From Minutocellus sp. GHC0000111 (taxonomy: Eukaryota), in contig OZ361260.1 in the NCBI GenBank assembly GCA_977018835.1, positions 3,472,001 through 3,536,000 on the forward strand: DNA of 64,000 bases, written 5' to 3'. This document shows positions 23,581-35,135 of the stretch, one piece after another. Below the pieces are notes generated by a model that saw only the letters and a list, made by a program, of their open reading frames with translations, was not told where the DNA came from and searched no databases. The number at the start of each line of letters is the position of its first letter. The first letter of the stretch is position 1. The position numbers and the translations under genes are program-made.

Positions 23581-24546
23581 TTACAAATTGTGACTCCTGC
23601 CGATGCCGATGCCAACGGGTCTCCTTGCCCTTGAACGCCGCTGGTAATCTAGGTAATCTCTTTTGATCTTCATTTGAGACTCATGATATTGATCATCCAA
23701 TGCTTTCTTCATAGCTGGAAGCAATTCGGCAACTTGGCGGATGACTCGTGCTTCCCGGCCGTGGACAAAACCTGCATATTCACCAATAATTTTTAATACC
23801 CCAGATGTTCCACCAAGCAACTCGAGAGGCGAAGGCGATCGAAGTGGGGAATCGACGCGAGGACGGACCGCACATGTCCCACCCAAAAATATCAGAAGCG
23901 AAGCACGCGTCCGAACAAGTCCGAGTGCCCAATTCATGAGCTCTGTTCTTTCCTCCAATATCATCTTAGGCCCATTATCAAGACTCTCCCTAATTTTATT
24001 TTCGTCCAAAATTCCAGAGCCATCTTCTCGGCAGAAAGCACCTCGCAGGATCAGCCACTTTGCACAGTCTCTATCTTCTTGACTAGCGGGGAAACCTTTC
24101 GAACGAAAGGTCAACAGCTCATAGAAAGGACTTGTTGTGTCATCATTGCCGCGCCAGACATTTGTTCTTCTGCATACATCCATGGCAGCCCCATGGTTGT
24201 ATAGCCATTTACAAACTTCCAGATGCCCCCGTCTCAAGGCAGCGCGCATGGGAAACCAAATCGGAATGTCAAGGTCCCTAGTGTCGGCTCCGTTGACGTA
24301 CAACCAACGCATCATTGGCAGGTCCCCCTTTTGCGCGAAGTAGCCCATTGGAGATACGGCTTTCCCATATAGAAACCTCGCTTTGCCTATCTCGCTCAGA
24401 TCAAACCCGGGACTATCGGCATTCCTACTTATCGAGGAGGCAGTTTCGGAAACCGGGGCGTCTCTCATCTTTTGCCGAGCAGTCTCGTCATCCTCGATCG
24501 GTCCGCCGGCATCGAGAAGTCTCCGCTTCTTGCCCTCGGATTCCAT
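23581..24546 (-). CDS. Ankyrin-repeat protein
   Basis: PMGYFAQKGDLPMMRWLYVNGAD, PMRAALRRGHLEVCKWLYNHGA. Confidence 0.85.
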   Translation of the reverse strand: MESEGKKRRLLDAGGPIEDDETARQKMRDAPVSETASSISRNADSPGFDLSEIGKARFLYGKAVSPMGYFAQKGDLPMMRWLYVNGADTRDLDIPIWFPMRAALRRGHLEVCKWLYNHGAAMDVCRRTNVWRGNDDTTSPFYELLTFRSKGFPASQEDRDCAKWLILRGAFCREDGSGILDENKIRESLDNGPKMILEERTELMNWALGLVRTRASLLIFLGGTCAVRPRVDSPLRSPSPLELLGGTSGVLKIIGEYAGFVHGREARVIRQVAELLPAMKKALDDQYHESQMKIKRDYLDYQRRSRARRPVGIGIGRSHNL

Positions 24547-25457
24547 TTGGTAACCGTCAGCCGTCAGCGCTAAAAAGAGAAATGATAGAGAAATTATTCA
24601 ATCCAATGAGCGGAAGTCGGGCAATTGCCGAGTGGCCGGAGGCAAGGTGGCGGTTTGCGGGAGAGGATCGAGATAGGAGAAGGAGAACCCGGAGAAATGT
24701 TGAGGAAAGAGCCACCAGATTTGTGTTGCAGTTTGTGTTGCAGGCGGGCGACGGTCAGACTCTGTGTTGCAGCACGGGCGGCGTCCAGACGTGCGCCCTG
24801 TCGCGTGCTGACCCGCACATCTTTGTCGGTCGCTTCATTTGAGACTTGCTTGATTGCAGGTAGGTGTCAATTTTGTACCAAGCACATCTTCTGCTGTGTT
24901 CGTCCGTTTCTAACAAACGATGGCATTTTGGAAAGCTCTTGGTGTCTTCTAATCGATTTGATGGGCGGAACGGCGACAATCGGACTGGCACTTTTCGCCC
25001 GAAATCGCGATTTGCATCTTTGGAGTAATTTTTTTTTTATGTTGCATTTGTCTAAATCCGACGTTGGTACCCATCACAAAGTACATTCTCCTACCGACCC
25101 CAAATGATGAAAAATCAACAAAAAATTGAAAAAGGCCCAAACATGCGTCGATTCGCCGCTCCAGCAGCAAAGACATAGCAAGTGCCTTATCATGTGCGTG
25201 ATAGCGCATGATTAGAGGATTCCAAAACTGCATCATTTGTCTAAATCCGACTTCTGGAACTCTAGTTATCAGCAGAGAAAGCACACCATCTCACCTTCTT
25301 GTCATTCGGTCGAGAACGACAAAAAATGAATTGGTGGTGGCGACACAAGCACCAACGTAAAAGACACAGTCGAATGAGTCATTGAATGAGTCGCCGAGAC
25401 ATGACGGGCGAAGGCAAGACCAGAACACTCCCAAGATGAAGTGTTCTGCAACACAAA

Positions 25458-26099
25458 ATGGAGCGAAGCAGCACAACTGCAACACAATTCTGGACCACGA
25501 AAAAATGCACGGGCAAAACACGCGAAAAATTCGACGCAACAAGAATTGTCATCGTCAAGAGTGACGAAGGAATGTGTTCTGACATCGATGGCAGCTTCCT
25601 CATGCCTGTAATCAACGCTGGCCATTCTTGCCAAGGAGGATCTTTCGACATGAAAGATTCCAACGACGGTACAACGGAAGAAGAGTGTATTTCAGGCGGC
25701 GGAACATGGACCGCGTACAATTGCGGTGAGGCGGAAGAATTCCTTTTGCACAGTCCAATTGCAAACGACCCGGAAGTTAGGCACTTCCTGAAAGAGTATT
25801 GGTGGCAGCCAAAGTGCTGCATTGGTGGCGCAGAGGAAGGCAATAGCGCTGACACTGAAGCTGACGAGATGCTATCCTCCGGAGGCAATGACTCGGCTGA
25901 TGAGTCTAGTGCCAACATCGGTGCCATTGTTGGTGGTACCGTCGGTGGACTAGCTGTTGCTGCCGCCATTGTTGCTCTTGTCATCAAAAAGAAGCGTCAC
26001 CCTGGAGTAGCTTCAGGCGACGAGAAGAGTGACGGAAAGAGAAGCACATCAATCGCCGCCACCCGCCGTGTTACTGGCTATGATTTTGACAACCTTTAG
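25458..26099 (+). CDS. Cys-rich single-pass membrane protein (5' end uncertain, no signal peptide seen)
   Basis: EEECISGGGTW, WWQPKCC, TM IGAIVGGTVGGLAVAAAIVALVI followed by KKKR. Confidence 0.65.
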   Translation: MERSSTTATQFWTTKKCTGKTREKFDATRIVIVKSDEGMCSDIDGSFLMPVINAGHSCQGGSFDMKDSNDGTTEEECISGGGTWTAYNCGEAEEFLLHSPIANDPEVRHFLKEYWWQPKCCIGGAEEGNSADTEADEMLSSGGNDSADESSANIGAIVGGTVGGLAVAAAIVALVIKKKRHPGVASGDEKSDGKRSTSIAATRRVTGYDFDNL

Positions 26100-26190
26100 A
26101 AGATGGGTCCGCCAGTAGAATTATGCATATGACAGAGTATTACTTTAGAATCAGATTACTTAATTGAAGCATTCTCTTGGCACTTACTTC

Positions 26191-28344
26191 TCATCTCTGC
26201 TGATAATTCATAAAGATTTCGTCGTCCAATTGACCCCCTACCGATACCAGCGAGAGATTGTACACTAGCTTTCCTGCCACGACAAAAGGGAAAATGGGAA
26301 GGAAGAGTGCCGCCAGCGCTTTCACCATTCTATTGGTACCCGCGACAGAGGACCGGACCAAACTAGAAAATATGTTAAAAATTATTGCCCAAGACAATAC
26401 TGCTCTTGAGGCAAGTCCATTCAACACCGTTTGGTGCCCCTTTGCGACGTGATAAAGATACATGCATGAAGCTGCGGTTGTCAATGATGTGATGAAAGTG
26501 GTAAAGATATGATTTGCCCACCGTGGTTCCTTCGATGACATATTTTTGGCCTGTCTAATCTTCTGCTTTCCTCCACGAAAGTATATATACAGGCCGGACA
26601 AAAGAGGCAATATGCCATGCAAAATAAAGGCGTACAACAAACATGATCCTGTCGATAAAACTGTCGTTGTTCCGAACGTTGACCACGGGAAAGAAACTAA
26701 TCGAACAAAAATAAATGACAGAGGTACCGGCAGAAGAACAAGATATCTGCAAGTACGTAGGAAGTCGATTTTGTCCGAAATAATTGGGTGGAGAGTTTGA
26801 ATTGTGGCAACAATGAAATACAGAAGCACGCATTCCCAGGCCCTGTATGGCATTGTCGTTTGTAGAGCGGCTGCCTTCCCAAAGCCATAAGTTTCTGAAA
26901 TAGACCGCTCTTCGGCTTCCAAGGCATCTGCATAATCTTCAATCTCAAGTTTGGTACGTTTGCGCAAATGAGCAATGCGAGTTTTGGTCGCTTCAGGGAA
27001 AGAATCAACTTCGATAGCTGCGAATATAATTGTTCGAACCACGCTCAGTACATTATGACACCACGATATAGCCTTGTGGTCACACCCAAGAGATATATCT
27101 GCGATGACCCCCTCCGCTATACTCTTCGGCATCACATCTGTGGCCAGCATTGAAAGTCCCAAAGAAGGGTCTACACCACAAGTCGATGGAGGTATCAGCT
27201 CGTCTCGGAGCCCCCCTGAGATTGAGACTATGATTGGAAACTCTTTGCCCTCTTCAATGCTCCTCAAGGTGCCGTCATCAATATAATTGTAGAATCTCTC
27301 AACAGAGGAATCAAACGTATATGGAAAGCCAATATGAGGACTGGCAAGAGTAATGATTGTTTTGATATACTGACCTGCTTCAGGGGAAAGCATTGGAACG
27401 GCCTTGGCGACAATGCCACCGATGGAATGGCCCACAACGGTAATCTGATCGGCATTGCATGCCCTCGCAATGGTCAGAATTGATTGCGCCACGAAGTAAG
27501 CCTGTCGAACCATTCTACTTCCATGCAAACCTGCGCCTTCACCGTCAAAGTCGGCGGTGTAAACGTCGTAAATGAAGCGATCAATGTCGCCGTCATCTCC
27601 CACTCTTCCGTTAAGAGTTCCGTCCTTAAGATTTCGAACGACATCGTTTTGATATTTGTAGGAGTGCGATCTGCGTGTGAATGTCGTCCCGTGGGCACCG
27701 AGTGACCGTGCTTGCTTGTACTCGCCCCAATGTCCGGGAATGAATAGAACTGGATGGCCAGGATTGGGATGAGGTGCCGTCGCTGATATTCCATTGTCGG
27801 ATGTGAAATTGGATTGGGGCAATAGACACCAATTATCAGACAGTCTATGGACCTTTGTGCCATCACCATGCGGGTCGGTCTGTTTCACGCCAAAATTATC
27901 GTCATCTTTCCACAGATGAGTATTCCGTGGGTCTCTGGCATCAACGAATTTCAACAGCCGGTATGGACGAGCACCCGCAGTGTAGTTGGCCACCTCAAGT
28001 GCCAAGAATTTGTATCGGCTGTACGTCATGTCGCATTCCCGCCCGTGGTGGAATGATGCTCGTAGGACGAACCCATAAATAAGAAATGATATCGTAGCCA
28101 GAGCTACTGTGAGTGTGATGGATACAATGGCATAGTCGAACGGTGAATATTGTCGTTTTGTGGTGGTGTTGTCCGTACTAGTATTAGCGTTGTGATGAGG
28201 CGGTGGTGCTTGGCCTGATTGGCCAAAACGATCGCATGCTGCAGTGCCGATACCATTGGGGCTGTCTGCTGCCGGTGCCGACGCGCTACCTAACGTTGCC
28301 GACGCTGGTCTCCACCTTTTCCGTATTGTTTGTTTGGTATCCAT
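26191..28344 (-). CDS. PGAP1: GPI inositol-deacylase (PGAP1/Bst1-like)
   Basis: PVLFIPGHWGEYKQARSLG, GHSIGG lipase motif, SISGGLRDELI, DHKAISWC, N-terminal and C-terminal TM helices. Confidence 0.88.
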   Translation of the reverse strand: MDTKQTIRKRWRPASATLGSASAPAADSPNGIGTAACDRFGQSGQAPPPHHNANTSTDNTTTKRQYSPFDYAIVSITLTVALATISFLIYGFVLRASFHHGRECDMTYSRYKFLALEVANYTAGARPYRLLKFVDARDPRNTHLWKDDDNFGVKQTDPHGDGTKVHRLSDNWCLLPQSNFTSDNGISATAPHPNPGHPVLFIPGHWGEYKQARSLGAHGTTFTRRSHSYKYQNDVVRNLKDGTLNGRVGDDGDIDRFIYDVYTADFDGEGAGLHGSRMVRQAYFVAQSILTIARACNADQITVVGHSIGGIVAKAVPMLSPEAGQYIKTIITLASPHIGFPYTFDSSVERFYNYIDDGTLRSIEEGKEFPIIVSISGGLRDELIPPSTCGVDPSLGLSMLATDVMPKSIAEGVIADISLGCDHKAISWCHNVLSVVRTIIFAAIEVDSFPEATKTRIAHLRKRTKLEIEDYADALEAEERSISETYGFGKAAALQTTMPYRAWECVLLYFIVATIQTLHPIISDKIDFLRTCRYLVLLPVPLSFIFVRLVSFPWSTFGTTTVLSTGSCLLYAFILHGILPLLSGLYIYFRGGKQKIRQAKNMSSKEPRWANHIFTTFITSLTTAASCMYLYHVAKGHQTVLNGLASRAVLSWAIIFNIFSSLVRSSVAGTNRMVKALAALFLPIFPFVVAGKLVYNLSLVSVGGQLDDEIFMNYQQR

Positions 28345-28565
28345 TTGAGTTTAGTGGCAGCATGCACTGGCTTCTACGAGTATTACCGAAGTGCAAGTTT
28401 CACTCTTCAATTCGAGCAATGTCCGGGTTTCTTTCCACGAGCGCGCGCGCGCGCAACGAACAGCGCAGAAAGAAGCAAAACGCCTCAATCCTGCCCAGAC
28501 AGTCGTCGGCAACCAAGACCATCACTGCCTGCACTCGTGGCATTCGGTCCCACGGAGGCGCGCTT

Positions 28566-28732
28566 TCATTTATCGCAGAACTCATTGGAAATAGCCATGG
28601 AAGACAGCAATGGATTTATCGCAAAAAATCATTTATCGCAGAACTCATTGGAAATAGCCATGGAAGACAGCAATGGATTTGCGTCCTATTCGGTTGAAAG
28701 ACAGCAATGGATTTGCGTCCTATTCGGTTGAA
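28566..28732 (+). repeat. Nested tandem duplications (63-bp and 34-bp periods) over the RING gene start
   Basis: 28566-28617 repeats at 28629-28680; 28664-28697 repeats at 28698-28731. Confidence 0.95.
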
Positions 28733-29826
28733 CCGACGCCGTCACCGACGGCTGCAACGCTAACGCTCGCCCCAACGTACGATGAGAACTTTTCGACCCC
28801 CAACCCCACCTACGACCAAGGAGACCAGGGCTACTATGACGATGATGATATGACCCCACTCATGCGTGCATACGCAACGATTGGGTTCATTATCCGCATT
28901 TTCCTGCCAATTATTCTTATTGTCATGTGCTGCAGGTTAAAACGACGTGGTGAATTTGCCGAGGGCTTGGGAGGAGTTGGTGGTGGAGGTCGTGCGCAGG
29001 ATGGAGGCTTCGTCAGTGGCGAAACCAGGATGGACCCCGAAGAGCGAAAGCGCTACGTTGAAGAAAGACTATGCTCCAAGGTGAGAGAGTTTAGTTGCCC
29101 TGGTATGGTGTGCTACAAGTGACTCCAACAGTGCTGTAACTGCTTTCGCCCATCACTCATTATGTGCTCGTTTTTTTTTCTCCTTTCCAAAAACAGAAAG
29201 TAATACAGGCATCAGAAGGTCAGGTAGTGCCATCGTTTGCCGACGATGCCGAAAAGAAGGGAGATATTTTAATACCCAAAGAACAGAAGGTGGCATCTGC
29301 AGATAATGGCGGTGGAGAGGGAGAAGACAGCACTGTGTGGTTCGAATCAGAAGAGCCTTCGTGTTCCATATGTCTCTGTCCGTTTGAACCAGCGGAAGAA
29401 ATTTGCTGGTCCAGCAATAAGCGATGCAAGCACTCTTTCCACAAGGATTGTATGTCGGAGTGGCTTCAGCGGCATGAAGATTGTCCTCAATGTCGGCAAG
29501 ACTATCTCAAGTATGATCTTGAATTCGATGATGACGAAGAGAAGGAAGATGATGTTGAAGATGCTGGCGTTGCTGGATCGACCACCATTACCTTTGCGCG
29601 AAACAGTACCTCTGGTATTTCTTCGAGAATAAGGCGGCCTGTGCCAGTCGGTGCTTCCAGGTCTAGATCAAGTGGTGACGACTTGGAGGATGTCGATCTC
29701 GAACGAGGTGACCGCAATTCTGCACCAACAGCCGCCGACTTGGAGCTGCCACAGTGGTATACAGAAGCAATTCCTGGTATTGGTTTGAGATACACTGCGT
29801 CGGCGTCACCGCGATCTTCTTCTTAG
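28673..29826 (+). CDS. Transmembrane RING-H2 E3 ligase (ATL-like); exons 28673-29080, 29197-29826
   Basis: TM helix; CSICLCPF...CKHSFHKDCMSEWL...CPQCR; GT-AG intron in frame. Confidence 0.88.
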
Positions 29827-30185
29827 CAACTTAATGTCATTAGAGATGCTTTTGCATACGAACTCGTAGATCTAGCTAGACTAGCTACTAGAGCTAGCTA
29901 GAGATATCTCTGGCCATCTCTCCAACCTCCTCGCATGATGATATGATCGAATCACAAGGCAGGACCCCGGAGGTCATCATTGGGAGCTTTCCGCCCCCGG
30001 CGCGAAGTCTGGCACGATCGAACGCCTGGCTCGGTTCCCGCATGAAGCAAGTCAAGGGATGTGAATGAAAAACGCCGACAATACTCCATTCCATTAACAT
30101 GATAACATCATGGCACCCGCTCTCATAATATGAAAAAAAACGAAAACAACATACACAATCTGATACTGCAAAACTGTAATGAACC

Positions 30186-30751
30186 ATGCCAACCTTCGAA
30201 AGTGAAGCAAGCTCGATGGTGTCGTCGCGCGACATGATGCTTGTCGACAGAGTGAAGGTGAGAGTTGCGAGCGGCCATTCCAACTCCGCGACAAATAGAT
30301 GCAACACATTGTCTTTGTACATCCCTACTATAACTATCGTCGTCTCACATGTCATACTCCTTCGGCATTGCAGATCCTCCTTTTGCAAGAAAGGAACAAA
30401 CCATTTGTCACAAAGAATTATTTACGAGACCTGGATGGTGTCCAAGGCATTCGAGAGCCGGTCAACGAAACTTGTCGAGCAAAGAAGGTAGAGTGGGTCC
30501 AGATGATTTGCGATGTGTGCCATCTATCTCGAAGCGTCGTTCCAATAACATTTAGCTACGTTGATAGACTACTTTCCGATACGACAAGTGACAAGCAAGA
30601 AACAAACGCCCTACTTCGAGACAGAGGCAAATACCAACTCTTGGTAATAGTATCTTTCTACATAGCCGTGAAGATCAATGAGCAGAAGGTCCTCTCACCA
30701 GATATACTAGAACTCTTATCATGTGTTGGGAGGATTACCATTGAATCATAG
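30186..30751 (+). pseudogene. Diatom-type cyclin, 3'-truncated (exons 30186-30257, 30374-30751)
   Basis: DRVK/ILLLQE..NYL, CRAKKVEW, FSYVDRLLS, YQLLVIVSFYIAVKINE; stops within the N-terminal cyclin fold. Confidence 0.75.
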
Positions 30752-31626
30752 AGACATTTCACAATACATGTAGTGCAGCCCCTATTACTTTTGTTGTACC
30801 GGTACAAGTACATGTACCGGTAAGCAAGCCATGGCGTCTAGATTACCGGTCTTATTCTGTCACCCTACACCTGCATCGTCGAGCGCTTGCCGGTGCCATT
30901 GCCCGAGGTCTCTCCCTGCACAAGAGGTCACGATTGCATTTTGTTCGAGGCTCGAGGGTAGAGGCAGCTAGGGTCGCTGAGGATGCTAAGAATCAGTATG
31001 AGAGTGGCGGATGCTCTAATGGTGACGGTTTCTCGGCACGTCATTCGAGTCGAGAATACGGTTACTCCGAGCAGTTTTAGAGGTTTTAAAAGAAATGGAC
31101 CTGAACGGCGCTATGAGTAATTATTTGCGGTTGGCTTTGCTGGTTCTACTTTCTTCACTTCTTATCGCCTGATTATGTCACCATGATAAAATGACTATGT
31201 AGAAAATTGTTATATATATGTGACGTACCGGTCGGTACATGTATGTAGGCCTACCGGTAGTCTCTGGGCGAATTTCGCCGACTGAGTGACTCAATCGACC
31301 GATGATGCATTTGTTTCTCCGATGACATCACTCACTCGAAAGGCTTCGAAGGAAATCGAAGCCTCTTTGGTTCGCACGTCAGCCAAAACCACGCCCGAGC
31401 ATGGATGATGTGGCTGGGGGAGCTTCGCATTGTGCGGGTCCGCCCAACATGACAGCTCATTCATCCCCCATCAGAAGAGAACTCAAAAGAAACAATCAAT
31501 AGCATGCACGTCGATCACAAGCAAAACGCACGAAGAAGAAACATGACCAGAGTGAGCAAAGCGCCTGCGCGCCCTAGCAACAGACAGAAAAGCTGCTGTC
31601 TACAATCATCGACGACGATCACGGCG

Positions 31627-32565
31627 ATGTGGCAAAGTAGAGGCCGAGAGATCATCTCCGATCGCATCGAGGGCCTCATTTCCCAAGAGAAGTCAGCAGC
31701 ACATGCAATCAAGGACTATCTTCGAGATTTCGAGAGAGACAAACGCATCCGAACCAGTCGATGCCAGTTGTAGAACCAAAATGATCGATTGGCTTTACAT
31801 TTGCGTCACCACTCTTAGACTTCGTCGAAGTGTCGTCCCGATCGCCTTTTCGTACGCCGATCGGCTCTTATCCTCAAAAGAAAACCAAGAGTACTACATC
31901 AAGACCATCCTACAAGATCGAAACACAGACATCAGCTTCTCATCATCATCACTTGTCTGTACATCGCCGTAAAGCTCAGTGAACCGGAGGTCTTATCTCC
32001 CACCATATTGTCAAAGCTCTCACAAGGACGATATAATGAGCAAGATATCGAAAAAGAGGAACTTAGAATCCTAGAGGCACTCAACTGGCGCCTCACTGGC
32101 CCTAATACTTCTGAATAATTCGTCCAGCACTTCTTAGCATTCGATATTATGCCGAATGGTAGAAGCGACGTCGAAACGGCCGCAAGGTTGACCATCGAAG
32201 CCATATCAAGAACTCAAGCCGAGCTCTCCGTAGCAGACCAATCCCTCGTATCTGTACCTTATTCCGTCTTAGCACTTGCTTCCATTCGCAATGCAATGGA
32301 AGACGTCGCCTATTATACACCGCAAGAATGGGTGGGGAGTCTTTCGACGCTCTCTGCCGTCAGCGAGACTGATCCATTCGCACCAGAAGTAGACGAGGCA
32401 ATGTGCTCCCTCAGGAAGATTGAGAGGGATAGTGCCCTTGGCACTGCTTTGTCTCTCTTATCATCCGATCTCGTCTGCCATAGCCCGAAGAGACACAGAG
32501 TTGCAAGACCTGTTTTGTCGCCCACTTCTGTATCCCGCGTCGTATCGGTGAAATCTTTTCAATAA
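31627..32565 (+). pseudogene. Diatom-type cyclin with two frameshifts (~31750, ~31922) and in-frame TAA (32116-32118)
   Basis: CRTKMIDW, AFSYADRLLS, CLYIAVKLSEP, EELRILEALNWRLTGP, C-terminal SPTSV. Confidence 0.82.
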
Positions 32566-32993
32566 TTGTTACTAAGAAAGCTACATGTAAAAGAATTGCA
32601 TTTATGTTTGTAATACGATCATGTATGATATGCAGCTACCTCCATGCTTAGTAAGAAGTCGTGCATCAATCACGATATATGTATGTAAAGTGCATATTAA
32701 ACTGTATAGGGTCTTTGCTATATATACACCAAAAGTGCAAGGTCACGAGAACGTCACATTCGCTCTCTTCGAGTATCAAACTATTGAAATGAATGAGTAG
32801 AGTTAGCTTCTTGCCAAAGCAAGCCATGACTGAGAGTCTATGACCAATCAACTCCATGATTCCATGTCTAGCGAAGCAATAGAGGTGAAAGGAGCGCCTC
32901 GTTCCGTAGCGTGATTTCCTCCGGACTAACATGTTCAACAGTGTCCATCACATCCCGTCCACATCCGTCCTCGCAAGCCTGCTCTCTCAACCT

Positions 32994-33707
32994 CTAACAT
33001 CCGCAAGCATCGGCAGTCGAGCTAGACGGGGCGGGCGCATCGTTGCCGCCACCGAGCTTAAAGCCGCCAGCCTGGCCGCCCGATCCGGCGCCGGCACCTC
33101 CGGCCCCGGGCTGGTTCAGCCCCTTGATGCCCCCGCGCGACTTTTGCTGCGCCAAGGCCCGCTCGTGGACGATGCCGATGAGCTTCTCGAAGGCCTTGAG
33201 GACGTTGTCGCCGGACTTGGCGGACGTCTCCAGCATCTCCATGCCGTGCTCGATGCAGAACTGCTCGGCCTTCTCCCGGGGTACCTCCCGGCTGGCCTCG
33301 AGGTCGGACTTGTTGCCGACGAGGAGCTTGGCCAGGTCGTCGGAGGAGGCGTGGTCGTTGAGCTGGGCCATCCACCGCTCGCTCAGGCTTTCGAAGGACT
33401 TGGCGTTGGTGATGTCGTAGACCAGGATGACGCCCTTGGCCTTGCGGAAGTAGGTCGGGAGGAGGACGCGGGCGAAGCGCTCCTGGCCGGCGGTATCCCA
33501 GATCTGGGCCTTGACCTTGCCGTGCTCGGTGTCCAGCATTTGCGTGTCGAATTCGATGCCCATCGTGGCCGAGATGTCGTGATTCATGGGCCGGTCCGGG
33601 TTGGTCAAGCGAGCCACCAGCGACGTTTTACCAACGCCGGAATCTCCCAGCATGACAATTTTATAGAGAGGTGGCTTGGCCCCCGCTGATGTTGCTCGGC
33701 TTGCCAT
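32994..33707 (-). CDS. Rab-family small GTPase
   Basis: GDSGVGKT, WDTAGQERF, NKSD, ETSAK, C-terminal CGC. Confidence 0.96.
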   Translation of the reverse strand: MASRATSAGAKPPLYKIVMLGDSGVGKTSLVARLTNPDRPMNHDISATMGIEFDTQMLDTEHGKVKAQIWDTAGQERFARVLLPTYFRKAKGVILVYDITNAKSFESLSERWMAQLNDHASSDDLAKLLVGNKSDLEASREVPREKAEQFCIEHGMEMLETSAKSGDNVLKAFEKLIGIVHERALAQQKSRGGIKGLNQPGAGGAGAGSGGQAGGFKLGGGNDAPAPSSSTADACGC

Positions 33708-34180
33708 CTTGTTTCGTAAAAATACCCCTCACAAATAAATGGTTATTATTATTGGGTTTTGTGCTGTGTTCGGCTCAGAGGGACACAACGTTTTGATGTG
33801 AACAAATGAAAAGGTTGAGACCAGTACAGCTGTATGTAATCCCAAGGCAGCTGTAGCAAGTCCAACAATCTGCAGGTGTTGGGCAAGGCGCGGTCGTCGA
33901 GTGGTAAAGCGGCACCAAGGACGATATGCAGTTTCCGTCATTGTGCCGAACAAGAGGAAGCAAGCCGGCCGCACCTGCTTTCGACCTTTCGTCACACTCG
34001 AACATGGGCCGGCCAGCGCGCAACCCGCCAAATCTGCTTCTGGCGGGCTTCTCGTCGGGAGAAGTGAGCAGGTGTCATCGAATTTCGACGAGAGTATCTT
34101 TGCCATTAGAAAAGCAAACTGACATCAAACAACCGCAACAACAACGCTAATACCACTGAACAGAGTATTTCGAAGAAACC

Positions 34181-34632
34181 ATGACTAGTCACGGAGGTAA
34201 GTGCCGTCGTCGTTGCAATTATCAGAACTTCGAAAGTAGGCGAGAGAACTGGCCTCATTTCTCACCACACCCAAGCACATCTTTTCGACGCTTATCTTTT
34301 CTCCCATCAAACTGTCAGATCCTCTACTTGCAGCCACTGGCATGAAGGGCGAGGAACGGCCCAGCGTGGATGCACCTCATGTTACCGTCGCTCACGGCGA
34401 TCCACTGCTGAAAGAGGCGGAGCATTCGCACAAGCTTGCCCTGCACGCTGAGATGCAGGGCCACGGCGACCTGCTTCTCGATGCGGCTCTTGACAAAAGC
34501 CCGGTCGATGCCAAGGATGCCCTGATGGGCAAGGGCCACTCTCCCGATCATCAGCGCTTGGGCGCTGGAGAGAAGCATGTGCCAAAGTTCAATGTCGGGG
34601 AGGAAGGAGGACTGAAAGCGAAGCCGCAGTAG
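34181..34632 (+). CDS. 109-aa His-rich protein with three HGD(P/L)LL repeats (exons 34181-34196, 34319-34632)
   Basis: GTAAGT...CAG splice joins MTSHG/DPLL, recreating the internally repeated motif. Confidence 0.75.
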
Positions 34633-35135
34633 CATCCACTTGATACAGCAATGTTTGTCAAAACCATACAAAGCAACGCAAGGAGCTAATTCAGATCTCG
34701 AGCTGGATACCATCCGATGAAGAGAGAAGTCAATGATCATTCAATAGCTAATGTAATAGCCATATACAATTGTAATATATCCTCTTTAAAAGATATAGGG
34801 CAAATAATGGACTCAAAAGAACTGCTGCTAGTAAAGTGATCAGTTATCAAATACTGCTAACATGCATGTTCGGAACTACCCAGATATGCAGCCGGTCCAA
34901 TTCAAACAAAATTCATTCCTAAGTATAATATTTTACTCTCCGACTTGGTGATTTTGCGAAAGCACAGCTTAAACTCCTGTCTCTGTCAATATCAAGCCAT
35001 AGGCCAAAGCTCATCAGACAGCAAGACGAATGTACTTTGTTCGGTATCGCAAAAATCAAATATCATTGATCTCCTGACTTCCCATTGGATCATTGTCCCA
35101 AGTCTTTCTTTTTATCATACATGTCGTTCCTCAAC

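Noticed and set aside
25045..25251. 18-bp direct repeat CATTTGTCTAAATCCGAC (25045, 25234)
   Set aside because: Possibly a TE remnant, but no TIR, TSD or ORF could be defined
30850..31080. Start-less open frame between the cyclins
   Set aside because: No start, splice site or recognisable homology
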